64,000 bases of DNA from an uncultured Thermoleophilia bacterium (GCA_963702475.1 CAVPCT010000003.1:672001-736000); one strand, 5' to 3'; counted from the stretch's first letter, positions 29,102-43,227 are shown. Translations and numbers: made by a program. Notes: generated from the sequence alone by a model not told the origin.

Positions 29102-29464
29102 CTATGACGCATCGGCCTGACGCGACCGGCGTTGACGACCGCTGTGCTTACCGACATTGAGCTCGACGGTGCGCTCGGGGAACACAGCCCGGATGTCCAG
29201 GTGTCCGCCGAGAGCCTCGACGTAGCGCTGCAACGTGGACAGCCTGAGGTCCGCCTCGCCGCGCTCGATCTGGGAGACGTTCTCCTGGGTCACGTCGAGC
29301 AACTCGGCGAGGGCTGCCTGCGTGAGGTCGACCTCCCTGCGCAGATCGGCGAGCATCGAGGCCTTGTGTGCTTCGACGCGCGCCCGGCGATCGGGCGCGG
29401 CGTCAATCTGCGCGCGGAGCCTGTCGAAGCTCTTCGGTTGCCTGTGTCCCTCAGATTCACTCAT
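29102..29464 (-). CDS. XRE/HTH antitoxin (HigA-like)
   Basis: LTQAALAELLDVTQENVSQIERG..D.RLSTL.RYVEALGG.L. Confidence 0.88.
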   Translation of the reverse strand: MSESEGHRQPKSFDRLRAQIDAAPDRRARVEAHKASMLADLRREVDLTQAALAELLDVTQENVSQIERGEADLRLSTLQRYVEALGGHLDIRAVFPERTVELNVGKHSGRQRRSRQADAS

Positions 29465-29816
29465 CGATCAGTCCCTTGTCGGTGATGGCGTCAAGGTGCT
29501 CGTGATAGAGCCGCTCGGCTACGGGAACAGCCATCTCGTACCAGGAGTGCCACCGCCCGCTCTTGTCACCACCGAGGAGTAGGATCGCGGTGCGCCGAGG
29601 GTCGAAGGCGAACAGTACACGGATGTGACCTCCCCGTGGGCGGAGCTCCTTCAGGTTCGCCAGCCGGGACGCCTGGATGGTGCCGACAAGCGGGCGTCCA
29701 AGCGCGGGACCGTGTACTTCGAGGAGCTCTACTGCTGCTGCGACACGCTCCTGACAGTCGTGAGTCAGACTGTCCCACCATTCCGCGAACTGGTCTGTGT
29801 ACTCGACGCGCCACAC
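29457..29816 (-). CDS. RelE/ParE-superfamily toxin (HigB/Gp49-like)
   Basis: GPALGRP.V..I..S...NLKELR...IRVLFAFDP.R.AILL.GGDK. Toxin precedes antitoxin; leaderless promoter TTGAGA-N16-TATAGT. Confidence 0.88.
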   Translation of the reverse strand: MWRVEYTDQFAEWWDSLTHDCQERVAAAVELLEVHGPALGRPLVGTIQASRLANLKELRPRGGHIRVLFAFDPRRTAILLLGGDKSGRWHSWYEMAVPVAERLYHEHLDAITDKGLIDE

Positions 29817-29846
29817 CAGCCCACTATAAGTAGTATCTTCTGAGTC

Positions 29847-30917
29847 TCAAGCAATGTCCACCGTGTCCGCACCCCCTCGAGTGGAGACGATGGAGGGACT
29901 CAGGAGTCCGGGCCCGGTGTTCCAGAGCCGCTCGATGCCGGAGGCGAAGGCCACCGGCGGGCGCGGGTCGTCGCAGGGTACGCCGGTGAGCATGTTGCGG
30001 TCGCCGATGGCGGCGACGGCCGTGGGGATGTCGCCGCCGCCGAAGAGCGTCGTCTGGACGGCCTGGAGGCAGGCGAGGGTCTGCGCAGTGGCGGCCTCGG
30101 TGATCTCGGCGAAGGTCTCGGTGCGGGGCTCGTCGGGCACCGACGGATAGAACCAGGGCCGCCGCTCGGCGAGCAGACGGGCGGCCGTGGCGTTGGGTTC
30201 GCGGGGGTAGATTTGCGTGCGGATGACGCCGTCGGCGTCGGCCCACGGCGTCGCGGCCACGCGCTTCAGCAGGCGCGAGAAGGCCGAGTGAGGGTCGCTC
30301 ATGCGGCTGTAGGCGAAGGCCATGTTTCCGAAGGCGCGCCGTCCCTCCGCGGCGGTGAACGTCTCGCCGTGTACGTCGCGCATGACCTGCTCCCAGAGCC
30401 GCGTCACGACGCCGGTCTGCGCGCGCGTCATGGTCAGCAGCTTCTGCGCGCGGATCCAGCCGGTGTCGCGCGAGTGGCGCCGCGCGAGCGTGACGTCCAG
30501 GGAGCCTTCGAGCACGCCGTGGCGGCGCCGGGCGGCCGGCTGGACCGGCGCCGCCATGCCCGTGATGTCCCCGGTCCAGTACTGGACCCAGGGGTGGGCG
30601 CTCGCGTCCATGCAGAGGTGCGAGGCGTAGCCGCAGGTGAACGCCGTGATGACGCCCGCCTCGGCGGCCGGGGCGGAGGCCGCCGCCGTCAACAACGCGT
30701 GGAAGACGTCGCTCATCCGGTTCTTGTGCACCAGGCCGGCGAGGTCCGAGCGGTCGCGCTGGCCCGGCCAGACTCCGGCGTAGAAGAGGAAGTCCGGACC
30801 TTGGGCGCCGACCTTGTAGGCGTCGTGTTCGGCGGCGAGCAGGCGCGCCAGCGGGCCTTCGGCCAGGCGCGCCCGGGCCGCCTCGGCGACCTCGTAGTGT
30901 GCGAGCATGTCGGGCAT
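29847..30917 (-). CDS. Zinc-dependent phospholipase C family protein
   Basis: MP...[20 protein letters not shown]...HP.V, H..LE..LD. Confidence 0.78.
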   Translation of the reverse strand: MPDMLAHYEVAEAARARLAEGPLARLLAAEHDAYKVGAQGPDFLFYAGVWPGQRDRSDLAGLVHKNRMSDVFHALLTAAASAPAAEAGVITAFTCGYASHLCMDASAHPWVQYWTGDITGMAAPVQPAARRRHGVLEGSLDVTLARRHSRDTGWIRAQKLLTMTRAQTGVVTRLWEQVMRDVHGETFTAAEGRRAFGNMAFAYSRMSDPHSAFSRLLKRVAATPWADADGVIRTQIYPREPNATAARLLAERRPWFYPSVPDEPRTETFAEITEAATAQTLACLQAVQTTLFGGGDIPTAVAAIGDRNMLTGVPCDDPRPPVAFASGIERLWNTGPGLLSPSIVSTRGGADTVDIA

Positions 30918-31367
30918 GGCCGTGGCATCCTACCGTGCGCCGAGGGCCGAGGCGCCTGGGGGGCGGTGCCGTGCAGGCGCGGCGGCGGTCTGCGGCGCTC
31001 GTTCGCGGGCTGGCTGCCGGGCCAGAGCGGCCCCCGTCCTCGGCGCCTCGCCAGCGCGCTATTACGGCCACGCCGACCGCGATCACCGGGGGTCACGGCC
31101 CAGAGGCTTCGCTCTGGAGGAGATACGGATGAGGACCAGAGGCACGCTCTCCCACGCACCGATAGGAGCAGCGGGCGATGGGGCCCCGGCAGGACGTGCC
31201 CGGAGGTCGGGGCCAACTGCAAGCCGTGGCCGCTCGCCCCGGCGTTTGCCGCCGGGAACGATATGACCGGCTCCGCGCGCCGTGGTATCATGCCCATTCG
31301 GCCTGTTCGCGGGTCGTCTGCGTTCGCGTCAAACACCGGGTCTCATCCCCAGAAGGGAACCGTCAGC

Positions 31368-31661
31368 ATGAAGAAAGACATCCACCCGAAGTACGTAGAG
31401 GCGACCGTGCACTGCTCGTGCGGCAACACGTTCACCACGCGCAGCACGAAGCCGGAGCTCCACGTCGAGCTCTGCTCGCAGTGCCACCCGTTCTACACCG
31501 GCAAGCAGAAGCTGGTGGACTCCGGCGGCCGCGTGGACCGCTTCAAGAAGCGCCTCGAGAAGAGGGCCGAGCCGGCCGCCAAGGCCGCGCCGGCCAAGGC
31601 CGAGGCTCCCGTGGCGGAGCCCAAGGCCGAAGAGCCCCAGGCGGAAGCCGCTCAGGTCTGA
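31368..31661 (+). CDS. rpmE: 50S ribosomal protein L31 (Zn-binding type) with Ala/Glu/Pro tail
   Basis: MKKDIHPKY...CSCG...[22 protein letters not shown]. Confidence 0.95.
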   Translation: MKKDIHPKYVEATVHCSCGNTFTTRSTKPELHVELCSQCHPFYTGKQKLVDSGGRVDRFKKRLEKRAEPAAKAAPAKAEAPVAEPKAEEPQAEAAQV

Positions 31662-31674
31662 CCCGGAGCCTGTC

Positions 31675-32442
31675 GTGAGCGCCGAGCTCCGCGTCTCGCT
31701 CCTGCAGCACACCCCCGACCCCGACCGCGCCGTCGCGGTCGCGGGCCGGCTCTGCTATGCGCCGGTGTCGGCCGCCGACCTGGCCAGCGACATGTCCGAT
31801 GAGGACGTCGCCAAGCTGGTCCGCATCCTCGTGCGCAGCGGGCACCACTCGGCGCTCGAGCACGCCTCGTTCAGCTTCGCCGTCGACGGCGTCTCCCGGG
31901 CGCTCACGCACCAGCTCGTGCGGCACCGCGTGGCCAGCTACAACCAGCAGTCGCAGCGGTACGTGAACTTCGGGGCGGGCGACAGCTTCATCATCCCGCC
32001 CTCCGTGGCGGCCGACGCGGAGGCCCAGGCGGTGTTCCTGGACGCCATGGAGCATGCACGCGTCGCCTACGACAAGCTCTTGGAGCTCGGCCTCGCCGAG
32101 GGCCGCACGCGCGAGAGCGTGCAGGAGGACGCGCGCTTCGTGCTGCCCAACGCCGCCGAGACCAAGATCGTCGTCACCATGAACGCGCGCGAGCTGCGCC
32201 ACTTCTTCCAGGTGCGCTGCTGCAACCGTGCGCAGTGGGAGATCCGCGCGCTCTCGTGGGAGATGCGCCGCATGGTCAAGGAGCTGGCGCCCAACCTGTT
32301 CGAGCACAGCGGCCCCGGCTGCCTCTACGGCTCCTGCCCGGAGGGCAAGATGACGTGCGGCACGCCGTACAAGGCCGAGGACGTGGACGGGCCGGCGGCC
32401 GCAGGCGCGCCGGCCGACGTGCGCCCGGACGCGCGCAGCTAG
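31675..32442 (+). CDS. thyX: FAD-dependent thymidylate synthase
   Basis: GH.S.LEH, SR..THQLVRHR.ASY.QQSQRY, EDARFVLP, NAREL.HF...R...AQWEIR. Confidence 0.95.
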   Translation: MSAELRVSLLQHTPDPDRAVAVAGRLCYAPVSAADLASDMSDEDVAKLVRILVRSGHHSALEHASFSFAVDGVSRALTHQLVRHRVASYNQQSQRYVNFGAGDSFIIPPSVAADAEAQAVFLDAMEHARVAYDKLLELGLAEGRTRESVQEDARFVLPNAAETKIVVTMNARELRHFFQVRCCNRAQWEIRALSWEMRRMVKELAPNLFEHSGPGCLYGSCPEGKMTCGTPYKAEDVDGPAAAGAPADVRPDARS

Positions 32443-32489
32443 CTGCGCGCGTCCGTCCGGCCCCTCGAGACCCCAGACCGGTTGGTGGA

Positions 32490-33458
32490 ATGACCCGACT
32501 CATGCACATGACTCTCACACTCGTCGCGTGGGCCGCCGTTGGCGCGCGTCGCGCGCAGGTCGGCGGCCAGGCCGTCATCGAGGGCGTCATGATGCGCGGC
32601 GTGAACCACTGGTCGCTCGCCGTGCGCCGTCCCGACGACACCATCGGCGTGCACGAGTACCCGCTCGTCAGCTGGATGGTCCGGTTCCCGGTGCTCAAGA
32701 CGCCCGTCATCCGCGGCGTCGTCGCCCTGGTCGAGTCCCTCGTCATCGGGATCAAGGCGCTCACCCAGTCGGCCAACGAGTCCATGGGCATGCCCGAGGA
32801 GGAGGTGGCGCCGCTGGGCAAGAAGGAGATCGGCATCACGCTGGTCATCGCCATGGTCTTCGCCGTCGGCCTGTTCTTCGTCGCCCCCCTGCTGCTCACC
32901 GGCCTGTTCCGCGGCTGGCTCGGCACCGGTCTCGTCTTCTGGCTCATCGAGGGGTGCGTGCGCGTCGGCATCTTCCTCGCCTACATCGTCGTCATCAGCC
33001 AGTTCCGCGACCTGCGCCGCGTGTTCGAGTACCACGGCGCCGAGCACATGAGCATCCACGCCCTGGAGCACGGCGAGGTGCTCGTCCCCGAGAACGTGGA
33101 GAAGTACAAGACGTTGCACCTGCGCTGCGGCACGTCGTTCCTGCTCATCGTCATGGTGGTGAGCATCTTCGTGTTCGCCATCGTCAAGTGGCCGGCCTGG
33201 TACTACCTGATCCTCAGTCGCGTCGTGCTGGTTCCGCTCATCGCCGGCATCAGCTACGAGATCATCAAGTTCGCCGGGCGGCACGAGGACAACCCCGTGG
33301 TGCGCGTGGTCATGGCGCCGGGGCTGGCGCTGCAGTGGCTCACCACCAAGCCGCCGGACCGCGGCCAGGTGGAGGTCGCCATCGCCGCGCTGGACCGCAT
33401 CATCGAGCTCGAGCCCCAGGACCGGCCCCCGGTGAAGGGCGTCGAGGTCATGGCCTGA
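32490..33458 (+). CDS. DUF1385 (YqhQ-like) membrane protein
   Basis: GGQAVIEGVMMR, RVFEYHGAEH..I, H.RCGTSF, PGL.LQ.LTT..P...QVEVAI. Confidence 0.88.
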   Translation: MTRLMHMTLTLVAWAAVGARRAQVGGQAVIEGVMMRGVNHWSLAVRRPDDTIGVHEYPLVSWMVRFPVLKTPVIRGVVALVESLVIGIKALTQSANESMGMPEEEVAPLGKKEIGITLVIAMVFAVGLFFVAPLLLTGLFRGWLGTGLVFWLIEGCVRVGIFLAYIVVISQFRDLRRVFEYHGAEHMSIHALEHGEVLVPENVEKYKTLHLRCGTSFLLIVMVVSIFVFAIVKWPAWYYLILSRVVLVPLIAGISYEIIKFAGRHEDNPVVRVVMAPGLALQWLTTKPPDRGQVEVAIAALDRIIELEPQDRPPVKGVEVMA

Positions 33459-33468
33459 GGGCCGGGCC

Positions 33469-34554
33469 GTGTCCGCCGTCGACAGCCTCATCGAGGAGAT
33501 CGAGCGCACGTTCGCCGATCTCACCGCGCAGCTCGCCGACCCGGACGTACTGGGCGACCGCGGGCGCTACGCCGATGTCGCCCGCGGCCGCGCCGAGCTG
33601 GAGCAGGTCCACGCCCTCACCGAGCGGTACCGCGAGGCCGAGGCCACCGTCAGTGACGCCGAGGCCCTGCTCGCCGACGAGAGCACCGACGCCGAGATGC
33701 GCACGTTCGCGCAGGAGGAGCTCGTCGAGGGCCGCAGGCAGCTCGACGAGCTCGGCGAGGAGATCCGCGTCGCCATGCTCACGCGCGACCCCAACGACTC
33801 CAAGGACGTCATCATCGAGATCCGCTCCGGGGCCGGCGGCAACGAGGCCTGCATCTTCGCCGGCGAGCTCTCGCGCATGTACCTGCGCTACGCCGAGAGC
33901 AAGGGCTTCGAGACCGAGATCCTCAGCTTCAACGAGAACGACGACGGCGGCTACAAGGACATGACCATCGAGGTCCGCGGACAGGGCGCCTACTCGCTGC
34001 TCAAGTATGAGGGCGGCGTGCACCGCGTGCAGCGCATCCCTGTGACGGAGGCCACGGGGCGCATCCACACCTCCACGGTCACCGTGGCGGTGCTGCCGGA
34101 GGCGGAGGACGTGGAGGTCCAGGTGCACCCCAACGACCTGCGCGTGGAGATCTTCCGCGCCCGCGGGCCGGGCGGCCAGAGCGTGAACACCACGGACTCG
34201 GCGGTGCGCCTCACGCACATCCCGACCGGCGTCACGGTGAGCTGCCAGGACGAGAAGAGCCAGCTCCAGAACAAGGAGAAGGCCATGCGCATCCTGCGCG
34301 CCCGTCTGTTCGAGATCGAGCAGGCCAAACAGGACGCCGAGCGCGGCGCCGTGCGGCGCGGCATGGTGGGGACGGGCGACCGCTCGCAGAAGATCCGCAC
34401 CTACAACTTCCAGCAGAGCCGCGTCACCGATCACCGCGTCGGGCTCACGAGCCACCGCATCGCCGAGGTGCTCGAGGGCGACCTCGACGAGTTCATCGAA
34501 GCGCTGGCCTCCGAGGACCGGCGCGAGCAGCTGGCCGCCGCGGGCGGGGAGTGA
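33469..34554 (+). CDS. prfA: Peptide chain release factor 1
   Basis: PVT motif in [38 protein letters not shown]. Confidence 0.96.
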   Translation: MSAVDSLIEEIERTFADLTAQLADPDVLGDRGRYADVARGRAELEQVHALTERYREAEATVSDAEALLADESTDAEMRTFAQEELVEGRRQLDELGEEIRVAMLTRDPNDSKDVIIEIRSGAGGNEACIFAGELSRMYLRYAESKGFETEILSFNENDDGGYKDMTIEVRGQGAYSLLKYEGGVHRVQRIPVTEATGRIHTSTVTVAVLPEAEDVEVQVHPNDLRVEIFRARGPGGQSVNTTDSAVRLTHIPTGVTVSCQDEKSQLQNKEKAMRILRARLFEIEQAKQDAERGAVRRGMVGTGDRSQKIRTYNFQQSRVTDHRVGLTSHRIAEVLEGDLDEFIEALASEDRREQLAAAGGE

Positions 34555-34604
34555 AGAGGACACGGCGCGTACTGCGGCGATGTCGGTGCGATCGATCGTC
34601 ACCC

Positions 34605-34670
34605 TTGCCTTGACGACTGCCGCGGCGCATACTCGGTAGGCAAGAATAGACCAGTCTCAGACCAGTCTGA
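34605..34670 (+). promoter_or_regulatory. TA promoter and tandem operator
   Basis: TTGCCT-N17-CATACT, then two AGAC-CA-GTCT palindromic units; the second extends to TCAGAC-CA-GTCTGA. Confidence 0.6.
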
Positions 34671-34690
34671 AACGGTTGACGAGGTGCACC

Positions 34691-34933
34691 ATGACGACCG
34701 TAGGCGCGTACGAAGCCAAGACGAAGCTCCCCGAGCTGCTCAAGAGAGTCGAGCTCGGGGAGCACATAACCATAGCCCGCCACGGCCGGCCCGTCGCCGT
34801 GATGATCCCGGCGGGGGAGTATCCCCGTCGCGATCCGGCGGCGGCGGTGGAGGCCCTCAAGGAGTTCGCGCGCGGACGGCGCCGCGGCGACTTCGACATC
34901 CGCGCTGCGATCGAGGAAGGACGGAGGTACTGA
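34691..34933 (+). CDS. Phd/YefM-family antitoxin
   Basis: MTTVGAYEAKTKLPELL.RVE.GE.I.I.RHG.PVA. Confidence 0.9.
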   Translation: MTTVGAYEAKTKLPELLKRVELGEHITIARHGRPVAVMIPAGEYPRRDPAAAVEALKEFARGRRRGDFDIRAAIEEGRRY

Positions 34934-34934
34934 C

Positions 34935-35342
34935 GTGTTCGTCCTGGATTGCTCCGTGTCGATGGCATGGATCTTCGACGATGAGGACGATGTCTACGCG
35001 GCGTCGGTACGCGACCGCCTCACACGTGAGGCCGCCGTGGTCCCTGCCATCTGGCCGCTGGAGGTGGGCAACGCTCTCCTTGCGGCCGAGCGCCGCCGGC
35101 GCATCAAGAGGGCCGAGTCCCTGCGGTTCAGCCAGATCCTGGGCACGCTGCCGATCGACATCGACGTGGCGCCGACCCTGCAGGATGCGGAGGCGTTGTG
35201 TGAGCTGGCCCGGGACGTCGGCCTGTCCGTGTACGACGCGACCTATCTTGGGCTCGCGGCGACGCACGGACTCCCCTTGGCGACCCTGGACAAGAGCCTC
35301 GCCCGTGCAGCCGTCGGTCTGGGCGTGGCGCTCGTCGGCTGA
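34935..35342 (+). CDS. vapC: VapC PIN-domain toxin
   Basis: FVLDCS, W..EV.N, LSVYDA.YL.LA, LATLD..L. Confidence 0.9.
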   Translation: MFVLDCSVSMAWIFDDEDDVYAASVRDRLTREAAVVPAIWPLEVGNALLAAERRRRIKRAESLRFSQILGTLPIDIDVAPTLQDAEALCELARDVGLSVYDATYLGLAATHGLPLATLDKSLARAAVGLGVALVG

Positions 35343-35375
35343 CGGCCGAACGGGACGCGCGACGGGCAGGGCACC

Positions 35376-36275
35376 GTGCCTACGGCAGGCCAAGCTATGC
35401 GGGAGGCGACCGCGCGGCTCCGCGCGAGCGGTTCGCGGTCGCCGCGGCTGGACGCCGAGCTGCTGCTCTCGGCGGCCCTCGGCGTCGAGCGCACCGCGCT
35501 GCTGCGCGCGCCCGAGCGCGAGCTGACGCGCGACGAGGCGCGGTGCTTCGGCGAGTACGTGGAGCGCCGCGTCGCGCACGAGCCGGTCGCGTACATCCGC
35601 GGCAGGCGCGCCTTTCGCACGCTGGAGCTCGAGGTCTCGCCCGCGGTGCTGATCCCGCGCCCCGAGACGGAGACGCTGGTGGACGTCTCGCTGGAGGTGC
35701 TCGCGCGCGTACCGGCGCTGGTCGGGGCAGCGCCCTACGAACCGCGAGTGTTGGACGTCGGCACGGGCTCGGGGTGCGTCGCCCTCGCGCTGGCCGCGGA
35801 GAACCCGTACGTGTGCGTCACGGCGGTGGACGTCGACGAGGCCGCCGCGGAGGTGGCGCGCCGCAACGCGGCGCGCCTGCGTCTCGGCGTTCGCGTCCTC
35901 GTGCTCGTGAGCGACCTGCTCGCCGGCGTGGACCCGGGCGAGCGCTTCGACCTGGTCGTCAGCAACCCGCCGTACGTGCCGGCCGACGAGTACGAGGCGC
36001 TCGAGACCAACGTGCGCGACTTCGAGCCGCGGCTGGCGCTAGACGGCGGTGCGGACGGGCTGGACGTGTACCGGCGGCTCCTGCCGCAGGCCGCCTGCGT
36101 GCTGCTGCCCGGCGGCACGCTGGCCGTGGAGGTCGGGGCCGGCGAGGCCGACGCTGTCGAAGAGCTGTTCGCGGCTACGGGGACGTACGAGCCGGCCCTC
36201 GTGCGCGCGGATCTCTCCGGCATCCCGCGCGTCGTCTGGGCGCGCCGGCGGGCCGATGACAAGGCGCGTCCGTGA
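35376..36275 (+). CDS. prmC: Release factor glutamine methyltransferase
   Basis: EPVAYI.G, VLIPRPETE, LDVGTGSG, VSNPPY, ALDGG.DGL. Confidence 0.95.
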   Translation: MPTAGQAMREATARLRASGSRSPRLDAELLLSAALGVERTALLRAPERELTRDEARCFGEYVERRVAHEPVAYIRGRRAFRTLELEVSPAVLIPRPETETLVDVSLEVLARVPALVGAAPYEPRVLDVGTGSGCVALALAAENPYVCVTAVDVDEAAAEVARRNAARLRLGVRVLVLVSDLLAGVDPGERFDLVVSNPPYVPADEYEALETNVRDFEPRLALDGGADGLDVYRRLLPQAACVLLPGGTLAVEVGAGEADAVEELFAATGTYEPALVRADLSGIPRVVWARRRADDKARP

Positions 36276-37015
36276 GCGCCCGCAGCGAGAAGGCGCGAGC
36301 CGTCGTCCTGAGCTCGCGCCCTCTGGGTGAAGCCGACCGTATCCTGCGGCTGTTCACGAAGGAGCTCGGCCGCGTGGACGCCGTCGTCAAGGGCGTGCGC
36401 AAGACCTCGTCGCGCTGGGGCGGCCGTTTGGAGCCCTTCAACGTCTGCGACCTGCTGCTGTATCCGGGTCGCAGCCTGTACACGGTCACGCAGGCGCAGC
36501 TGGTGGACGTCTTCCTGCACCTGCGCGACCACCGCGAGGCGCTCACGGCGGCGGCGGTGGTCTGCGAGACCGCCGCCGGGCTCACGCCCGAGCACCAGCC
36601 CGAGGAGCGCGTGTTCGCCCTGCTGCGCAACACGCTGGCCGAGTTGGACAAGGGCTTCACCGGCCCGGCGGCGCGAGCGCCCATCGTGCTGGGGGCGCTC
36701 CTCAAGCTGCTGTACGAGGCCGGCTACGCCCCTATCCTCGACCACTGCGCCGCCTGCGGCGGCGGCGACCGGGCGCTCGGGTTCTCGGCCTCTCACGGTG
36801 GCCTGGTCTGCGGGCAGTGCCTGGGCCACGGCCTGCCGGTCACGCCCGAGGCGGTCGCCGCCATCGGCGACGCGCTGGAGCGGCCGCTGGCCGAGTTGCG
36901 CGTCGCCGAGCCGTCCGACGCCGTCGGTGAGGCCGTGCGCGACGTGCACGAGCTGTACGCATACCACTCGGGCGCGCGCCTGCGTGCCCTGCGCTTCGCG
37001 CGCGCGTCGCAGTGA
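36272..37015 (+). CDS. recO: DNA repair protein RecO
   Basis: GEADRIL..FT...G....VKGVRK..S..GGRLEPF and Zn finger CAACG...GGLVCGQC. Confidence 0.92.
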   Translation: MSARSEKARAVVLSSRPLGEADRILRLFTKELGRVDAVVKGVRKTSSRWGGRLEPFNVCDLLLYPGRSLYTVTQAQLVDVFLHLRDHREALTAAAVVCETAAGLTPEHQPEERVFALLRNTLAELDKGFTGPAARAPIVLGALLKLLYEAGYAPILDHCAACGGGDRALGFSASHGGLVCGQCLGHGLPVTPEAVAAIGDALERPLAELRVAEPSDAVGEAVRDVHELYAYHSGARLRALRFARASQ

Positions 37016-37066
37016 GAAGGGTGACGGCGCCGGCCGGCCGGCAGGGTTCCGGACGTACGAATGCGG

Positions 37067-37118
37067 CGCTCGCGTCGCCGTCGCGCCCTGGACCGGACGC
37101 TCGCGTCGCCGTCGCGCC
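37067..37118 (+). repeat. 21-bp direct repeat, two copies 31 bp apart
   Basis: cgctcgcgtcgccgtcgcgcc at 37067 and 37098. Confidence 0.8.
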
Positions 37119-37293
37119 GCGTTCGGGCGCCCGGGGTGCTTTTCCCGGTCGTCATGGGGAAACTACCCCACTACGGTGCGCCGTCGCATAGAACATCCGT
37201 CGCATGGCTGGACGGGATGCGGCCGACGGCAGCGGTTCGTTGGTCGTACGTGTGCGACTTTGTTAGAATCGGCGCCCCGGATGCGGAGGAGAC

Positions 37294-38265
37294 GTGAGTA
37301 AGCACACGAGTGCTGTGGACGCCCGGGGAGACATCCCCACGTTCCAGCAGGTCATCGGCCGCTTGCAGGCCTTTTGGGAGCAGCAAGGCTGCGTCGTCAT
37401 GCAGCCGTACCATACCGAGGTCGGGGCGGGCACGTTCAACCCCGCCACCTTCTTGCGCTGCCTGGGGCACAAGCCCTGGCGCGCCGCCTATGTGGAGCCG
37501 TCCATGCGGCCCACCGACGGGCGCTACGGTGAGAACCCGTACCGCCTCGGTCACTACTACCAGTATCAAGTGGTCATCAAGCCGTCGCCGGCCGACATCC
37601 AGGACGTCTACCTGCAGTCCCTGGTCGCCCTCGGCGTCGATCTGCGCGAGCACGACGTGCGTTTCGTGGAGGACAACTGGGAGGGACCGACCCTGGGAGC
37701 CTGGGGGCAGGGCTGGGAGGTCTGGGTCGACGGCATGGAGGCCACCCAGTTCACCTACTTCCAGCAGCTGGGCGGGTTCGACCTCGACCCCATCACCGTG
37801 GAGCTCACGTACGGACTGGAGCGCCTGGCCATGTACCTGCAGGGCGTGGACAGCGTGTACGACCTGGTCTGGTCGCGCTGGGACGAAGGCGGCGAGGAGG
37901 TCGTGGTCACCTACGGCGACGTGTATCAGGAGAACGAGCGCGAGTTCAGCCGCTACAGCTTCGAGGTGGCCGACACCGAGATGCTGTACCGCCACTTCCG
38001 CGAGTTCGAGGCCGAGGCCGAGCGCTGCCTGGAGGCACGCCTGCCGGTGCCCGCCTACGACCACGTGCTCAAGTGCAGCCATGCCTTCAACATGCTCGAC
38101 GCGCGCGGCGTGATCAGCGTGACCGACCGGACCATGCACATCGCCCGGGTCCGGGACCTGGCGCGCAAGGTCGCCGGGCTGTACCTGGAGGTCACTGGCG
38201 ACGTTGACGATGCCGGGGCCGACGGCGCCGGAGACGCCGCCGCGGCCGACGGAGGTGCGGCATGA
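37294..38265 (+). CDS. glyQ: Glycine--tRNA ligase alpha subunit
   Basis: [64 protein letters not shown]. Confidence 0.96.
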   Translation: MSKHTSAVDARGDIPTFQQVIGRLQAFWEQQGCVVMQPYHTEVGAGTFNPATFLRCLGHKPWRAAYVEPSMRPTDGRYGENPYRLGHYYQYQVVIKPSPADIQDVYLQSLVALGVDLREHDVRFVEDNWEGPTLGAWGQGWEVWVDGMEATQFTYFQQLGGFDLDPITVELTYGLERLAMYLQGVDSVYDLVWSRWDEGGEEVVVTYGDVYQENEREFSRYSFEVADTEMLYRHFREFEAEAERCLEARLPVPAYDHVLKCSHAFNMLDARGVISVTDRTMHIARVRDLARKVAGLYLEVTGDVDDAGADGAGDAAAADGGAA

Positions 38266-40437
38266 GCGAGACCCTCCTGATCGAGATCGGCTGCGAGGAG
38301 CTGCCGTACAAGGTCTGCGGGTCCGTCATCCGTCAGTTGGAGGGTGACGGCGAGACGCCTGGCCTGGCCCGGCGGCTGCTGGACGAGGCGCGCCTCGCGG
38401 AGCCCGGCGCGCCCGCTCCCACTGTGCTCGTCTCACCGCGGCGTATCGCCGTGCTGGCGCAGGACGTGCCGGACAGCCAGACGGCCCGCACCGACGACTT
38501 CCGCGGGCCCAAGGCCGAGGTCGCCTTCGACGAGGCCGGCGGGCTGACCAAGGCCGGCGCCGGCTTCGCGCGCTCCAAGGGCGCGCAGCCGGAGGACGTG
38601 CGCCGCGAGGTGCAGGACGGCACCGAGTTCGCCGTGGTCCGCGTCGAGGCGCCGCGGGCGCTCGCCGCGGACGTGCTTCCGGAGCTGGTGCGCAAGCTCG
38701 TCACCGGGCTGCAGATCCCGCGCGGCATGCGCTGGGGCCGCCGTCCGGAGGGGGAGGAGGACTACCTCCGTTTCTCGCGGCCCATCCGCTGGTTCGTGGT
38801 CAAGCTGGGGTCGCGCACCATCGACGGCTCGTTCTACGGCCTGCCGTTCGGGGATGTGAGCCAGGGCCACCGCGTGCTGGGATCGCCGGTCGTCATCGGC
38901 AAGGCCGAGCACTACGAGCGGTACCTGATCGAGCACCAGGTCGTGGTCTCGCAGCACGAGCGCCGGAGCCTCATCGCCGAGGGTCTGGACGCGCGCGCCA
39001 AGGAGTTGGGCGGCGAGTGGTCCGACCCCGGCGACGTGCTCGCCGAGAACCTCTTCCTGGTCGAGTGGCCGAGTGTGGAGAGCGGGCGCATCGACGAACG
39101 TCACCTGCGCCTGCCCGACCCCGTGCTCATCACGGCCATGCAGAGCCACCAGCGCTACCTGCCGGTGCGCGACCGCGACGGCGAGCTGCTGCCGGCGTTC
39201 CTCTACATCAACAACGCCGACCCGGCGGCCGCGGAGCTCATCACGCACGGCAACGAGCGCGTGCTGGGCGGCCGCCTTGACGACGCCGAGTTCGCCTACG
39301 ACCGCGACGTGGCCGAGGGCCTGGACGACATGGCCGGTCGCCTCGGCGCCGTGGTCTTTCACGAGAAGCTCGGCTCCCTGGCCGACAAGGCGGCCCGCCT
39401 GCAGGGCCTGGTGGCCGGGCTCTGCGCCGCGCCCGGTTGCGGCGCGGCCGGCGGCGGCAACGGGTCCGGCGCCGGGCCTCGAGGGCACGCTGCGGACGGC
39501 CGCCCGGCTCGCCAAGGCCGACCTGGTGAGCCAGGTCGTCATCGAGTTCCCGGCGTTGCAGGGCGAGATGGGCGGCATCTACGCGCGCGGCGGCGGTCTG
39601 GGCGACGCCGTGGGCGACGCCGTCGGCCAGCACTATCGGCCGCTCTCGGCCACGGCGCCGCTGCCGGAGACGCTGGCCGGCGCCCTGCTGGCCGTGGCCG
39701 ACAAGGTGGACAACATCGTGGGCGCCTGGGCGGCCGGAGAGAAGCCGTCGGGCTCGCGCGACCCGTACGGCCTGCGCCGCGCCGCCATGGGCATCGTGCG
39801 CATCGCCCTGGAGTACAGCCTGCGCTTCTCCCTCACCGGCCTGCTGCAGAGCGCGTTGGACCAGTTCGAGCTGCAGGGCGTGCAAGGCGTGGACGACGCG
39901 CGCCGTGCGGCCATCGTGGCCGAGACGGCAGCGTTCGTGCGCGAGCGCCTGCAGGTGCAGCTGCTCGACGCCGGCGTGCCGTTCCCGAGCGTGGAGGCGG
40001 CGCTGGCCGCCCCCGCCGGCGACCTGCCGGCGCTGGCGGCCCGGGCGCGCACCTTCGCGGCGCTCGCCGGCCGCGACTTCTTCGAGGACGCCGTGACGGC
40101 CTACAACCGCTGCGCGGCGCTGGCCTCCAAAGACCCCGAGGCCGGGTCCCGCGCCGTCGACCCGGCCCTGTTCAGCTACGACGCCGAGCGCGAGCTGGCC
40201 GCGACCGTGGAACGGGCGCGCGGCCCGCTGCTCGAGGCGCTCAGGCACCTGGAGCTGGAGAGCGCCGTCAAGGAGGCGGCCGGCCTGCGGCCGGCCGTGG
40301 ACCGCTACTTCGACGACGTGCTGGTGATGGACCAGGACGAGGCGGTGCGCGCCAACCGCCTGGCCCAGCTCGCCGCCGTCACCGCGCTCATCGGCGCGAT
40401 CGGCGAGTTCAGCCGCCTGCCGCTCACGCAGACGTGA
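38262..40437 (+). CDS. glyS: Glycine--tRNA ligase beta subunit; +1 frameshift near 39476, probably a sequencing error
   Basis: LLIEIG.EELP, PRR, MRW, F.RPIRW, HQRY, GNERV...RL.DA.F. Continues in the other frame as KADL...V.EFP.LQG.MG, HY.P, P.GS.DPY.LRR, V..YFD.V.VM, NRL. Confidence 0.92.
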
Positions 40438-40505
40438 ACGCCGCACCCACCGACCCCATCGCCGCCGTCGCGGCGTGACGAAGACAGTCCCCGGGAGGAC
40501 GAGAG

Positions 40506-43227
<2,722 letters not shown>

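Noticed and set aside
31129-31266. Small [14 protein letters not shown]... with a GGAGGAG RBS in a hairpin upstream of rpmE
   Set aside because: Composition looks like random GC-rich sequence, with no recognisable motif.
37016-37293. T-box riboswitch upstream of glyQ
   Set aside because: No GGTGGNACC T-box consensus, specifier stem or terminator is visible.
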